From assembly GCA_016218805.1 (NCBI GenBank), contig JACRCW010000044.1:1-64000 (forward strand): a stretch of 64,000 bases of DNA, in the 5' to 3' direction. Positions within the stretch are counted from its first letter, which is position 1; each line of letters starts with the position of its first letter. The translations under genes were made by a program, and so were the position numbers. The notes beneath the pieces were generated by a model. The model had not been told where the DNA came from and ran no database searches. It worked only from the letters and a program-made list of their open reading frames with translations. This document shows, in pieces, positions 62,363-64,000 of this stretch. This DNA is from Deltaproteobacteria bacterium. GTDB lineage: Bacteria > Myxococcota > JACRCW01.

Positions 62363-63802
62363 TCACAAGTCCCGGCGGGACATTGCCTCCACCACGCAGT
62401 CCGCGACGTTCAGCGCCAGGGCCATCACGGTCAGCGTGGGCGGGCGGTCCAGCGCCGTGGGCAGCAGCGACGCGTCCGCCACGTACAGCCCGGTGACCCC
62501 GCGCACCGCCCCGGTGACGTCGGTGACGGACGTCTTTGCGGAGCGGCCCATGCGGCACCCGCCCGCTTCATGACCGGCGCCGCCGCCCGCCAACGGCACC
62601 TGCAGCGGCACGGCGCGGCTCCCCGGCACCGCCAGCACATCCGCCACCGACACGACTGCCTGCTCCATGTCCTGCACCATGGCGGCCTCGTCGTCACCCC
62701 AGGCAAAGTGGATGACCGGCAGCGGCCGCCCCAACGCGTCTGCCCGTGCGGGGTCCACCGTGGCCCACCGCTGCGGGTTGGGCCCGGATTCACCCATGGC
62801 GTGGATGACCAGGTGCGACATCCCGGCCGCGTCCGCGCGGTCCACGCCCAGCGAGGCCAGCGTGTCGTCCGGCAGCGTGTCCGTGGCAACCGGGCCGCGC
62901 ACCTCAATGGTGAAACCGCCGCGGTAGGACCGCCGGGTCCCACGTCCCGCGTTGACAAACCGCGCCACCGTGCACGCGCGCTCCGTGGGCGCCAGCGTGC
63001 CGGGCCGCGGCGCGGGACGCGGCAGCAGCACCACGTGACCAATGAGGACGTGGTCCGTCAGCCCCTTGCCAATGAGCTGCGGGTTGCGGCCCAGTCCGCC
63101 CGGCGCCGAAGCGAGCAGCAACCGCACGGTCTCCACCGGGGAGGCGCACAGCACCACGGCGCGCGCGGGAAGCTCATGCGTGGTTCGCGTGGTGACGTCC
63201 ACGTATGCCACACCGCAGGCGCGGCCCCTGCGGTCCAGCAGCACGCGGGAGACGGCGGCGTCAGGCTGCAGCGGCACGTGGCGTGTGCGGTCCAGCGAGA
63301 CGTACGCCCGGCAGCCGCACGGTCCCACCGCGGCGCGCTTGGGGAGCACGGGCACGCCCAGGTCACGCGGGACGGCGTCAAATGGGGGTTCAATGGGGAC
63401 TTCGCGCAGGCCCAGCAGCGTCTCCACGCGGTGGTAGTGCTTGTCCAGTTCCCCCACGGCAAACGGGAACGGCACGCCAAACGCCCGCGCGTCCCAGTGG
63501 TTGTGTGCGTCCATGCGCAGGCACCACCCGCCCCACACCAGCGTCCGCCCGCCCGCCGCGCGCACGCGCTGCCAGTCGTACGGCGTACCCTCGCCGTGCC
63601 ACGCCCAGTCCGGTGACGTCGTGGGCAGCACGGGCGCAATCAGCTTCTCGTACTTGTCACGGTCACAGGAGGGGAGCTTGTCACGCACCAGCGGACCGCA
63701 TTCCAGCACAAGGACGGACAGCCCGGCGTCCAACAGGCGGGAGGCCACCAGCATGCCGGAGGCGCCGCTGCCCACCACCACCGCGTCCAGGACATCCGCC
63801 AC
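62363..63802 (-). CDS. GMC family oxidoreductase
   Basis: VVGSGASG, GGRTLVWGG, ETVRLLL, HEAGGCRMG, LYVADAS, PTLT. Confidence 0.88.
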   Translation of the reverse strand: MADVLDAVVVGSGASGMLVASRLLDAGLSVLVLECGPLVRDKLPSCDRDKYEKLIAPVLPTTSPDWAWHGEGTPYDWQRVRAAGGRTLVWGGWCLRMDAHNHWDARAFGVPFPFAVGELDKHYHRVETLLGLREVPIEPPFDAVPRDLGVPVLPKRAAVGPCGCRAYVSLDRTRHVPLQPDAAVSRVLLDRRGRACGVAYVDVTTRTTHELPARAVVLCASPVETVRLLLASAPGGLGRNPQLIGKGLTDHVLIGHVVLLPRPAPRPGTLAPTERACTVARFVNAGRGTRRSYRGGFTIEVRGPVATDTLPDDTLASLGVDRADAAGMSHLVIHAMGESGPNPQRWATVDPARADALGRPLPVIHFAWGDDEAAMVQDMEQAVVSVADVLAVPGSRAVPLQVPLAGGGAGHEAGGCRMGRSAKTSVTDVTGAVRGVTGLYVADASLLPTALDRPPTLTVMALALNVADCVVEAMSRRDL

Positions 63803-63820
63803 GCGTGTTCCACTACCACG

Positions 63821-64000
63821 TCAGCGCGGCGCCGCGGCCTGCCCCGCGGACCTGGCCGCCAGCCCCGCCAGCACCAGCAGCACGCCGATCGTCGTCGTGA
63901 CGCCCAGCGTTTCCCCTCCCACCGCCACGCCCGTCAGCACCGCCACCGCCGCGGTCACAAACTGCAGGTATGCCAGCCCGCTGACGCTGTAGCGCCGCAG
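63821..64000 (-). CDS. 3' end of a DMT/EamA-family transporter (partial)
   Basis: Own translation: LRRYSVSGLAYLQFVTAAVAVLTGVAVGGETLGVTTTIGVLLVLAG...stop. Confidence 0.7.
   Translation of the reverse strand: MRRYSVSGLAYLQFVTAAVAVLTGVAVGGETLGVTTTIGVLLVLAGLAARSAGQAAAPR

Overview
High-GC chromosomal window (roughly 70% GC by eye). The gene content points to a myxobacterium (Myxococcota): globin-coupled kinase of the Anaeromyxobacter AfGcHK type, vegetative-protein-like Zn finger, many Cys-rich/PPC/Ig-like lipoproteins, sigma54-type promoters. Core genes include nuoL-nuoM, mce, cysS, rph-rdgB-tRNA-Pro(TGG), comF, mutY, a split transketolase, mreBCD and a gmhA-like gene. The most notable items are: (1) a self-contained unit of sigma54-like promoter, outer-membrane beta-barrel, two paralogous ~1400-1480 aa Zn-metalloprotease lipoproteins and a terminator (23288-33453); (2) a REP-associated tyrosine transposase (RAYT) between inverted GTGG-hairpin REPs, whose stop overlaps (ATGA) the start of the tkt-mreBCD gene run, with an adjacent cloverleaf-like RNA candidate; (3) a 12 x 22-bp G-rich tandem array; (4) a decaying accessory islet at the 3' side of tRNA-Pro; (5) strong window-wide avoidance of TCGA, visible as context-dependent codon choice. 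All calls come from reading motifs by eye; no database searches were run, and starts were chosen from RBS and signal-peptide logic.
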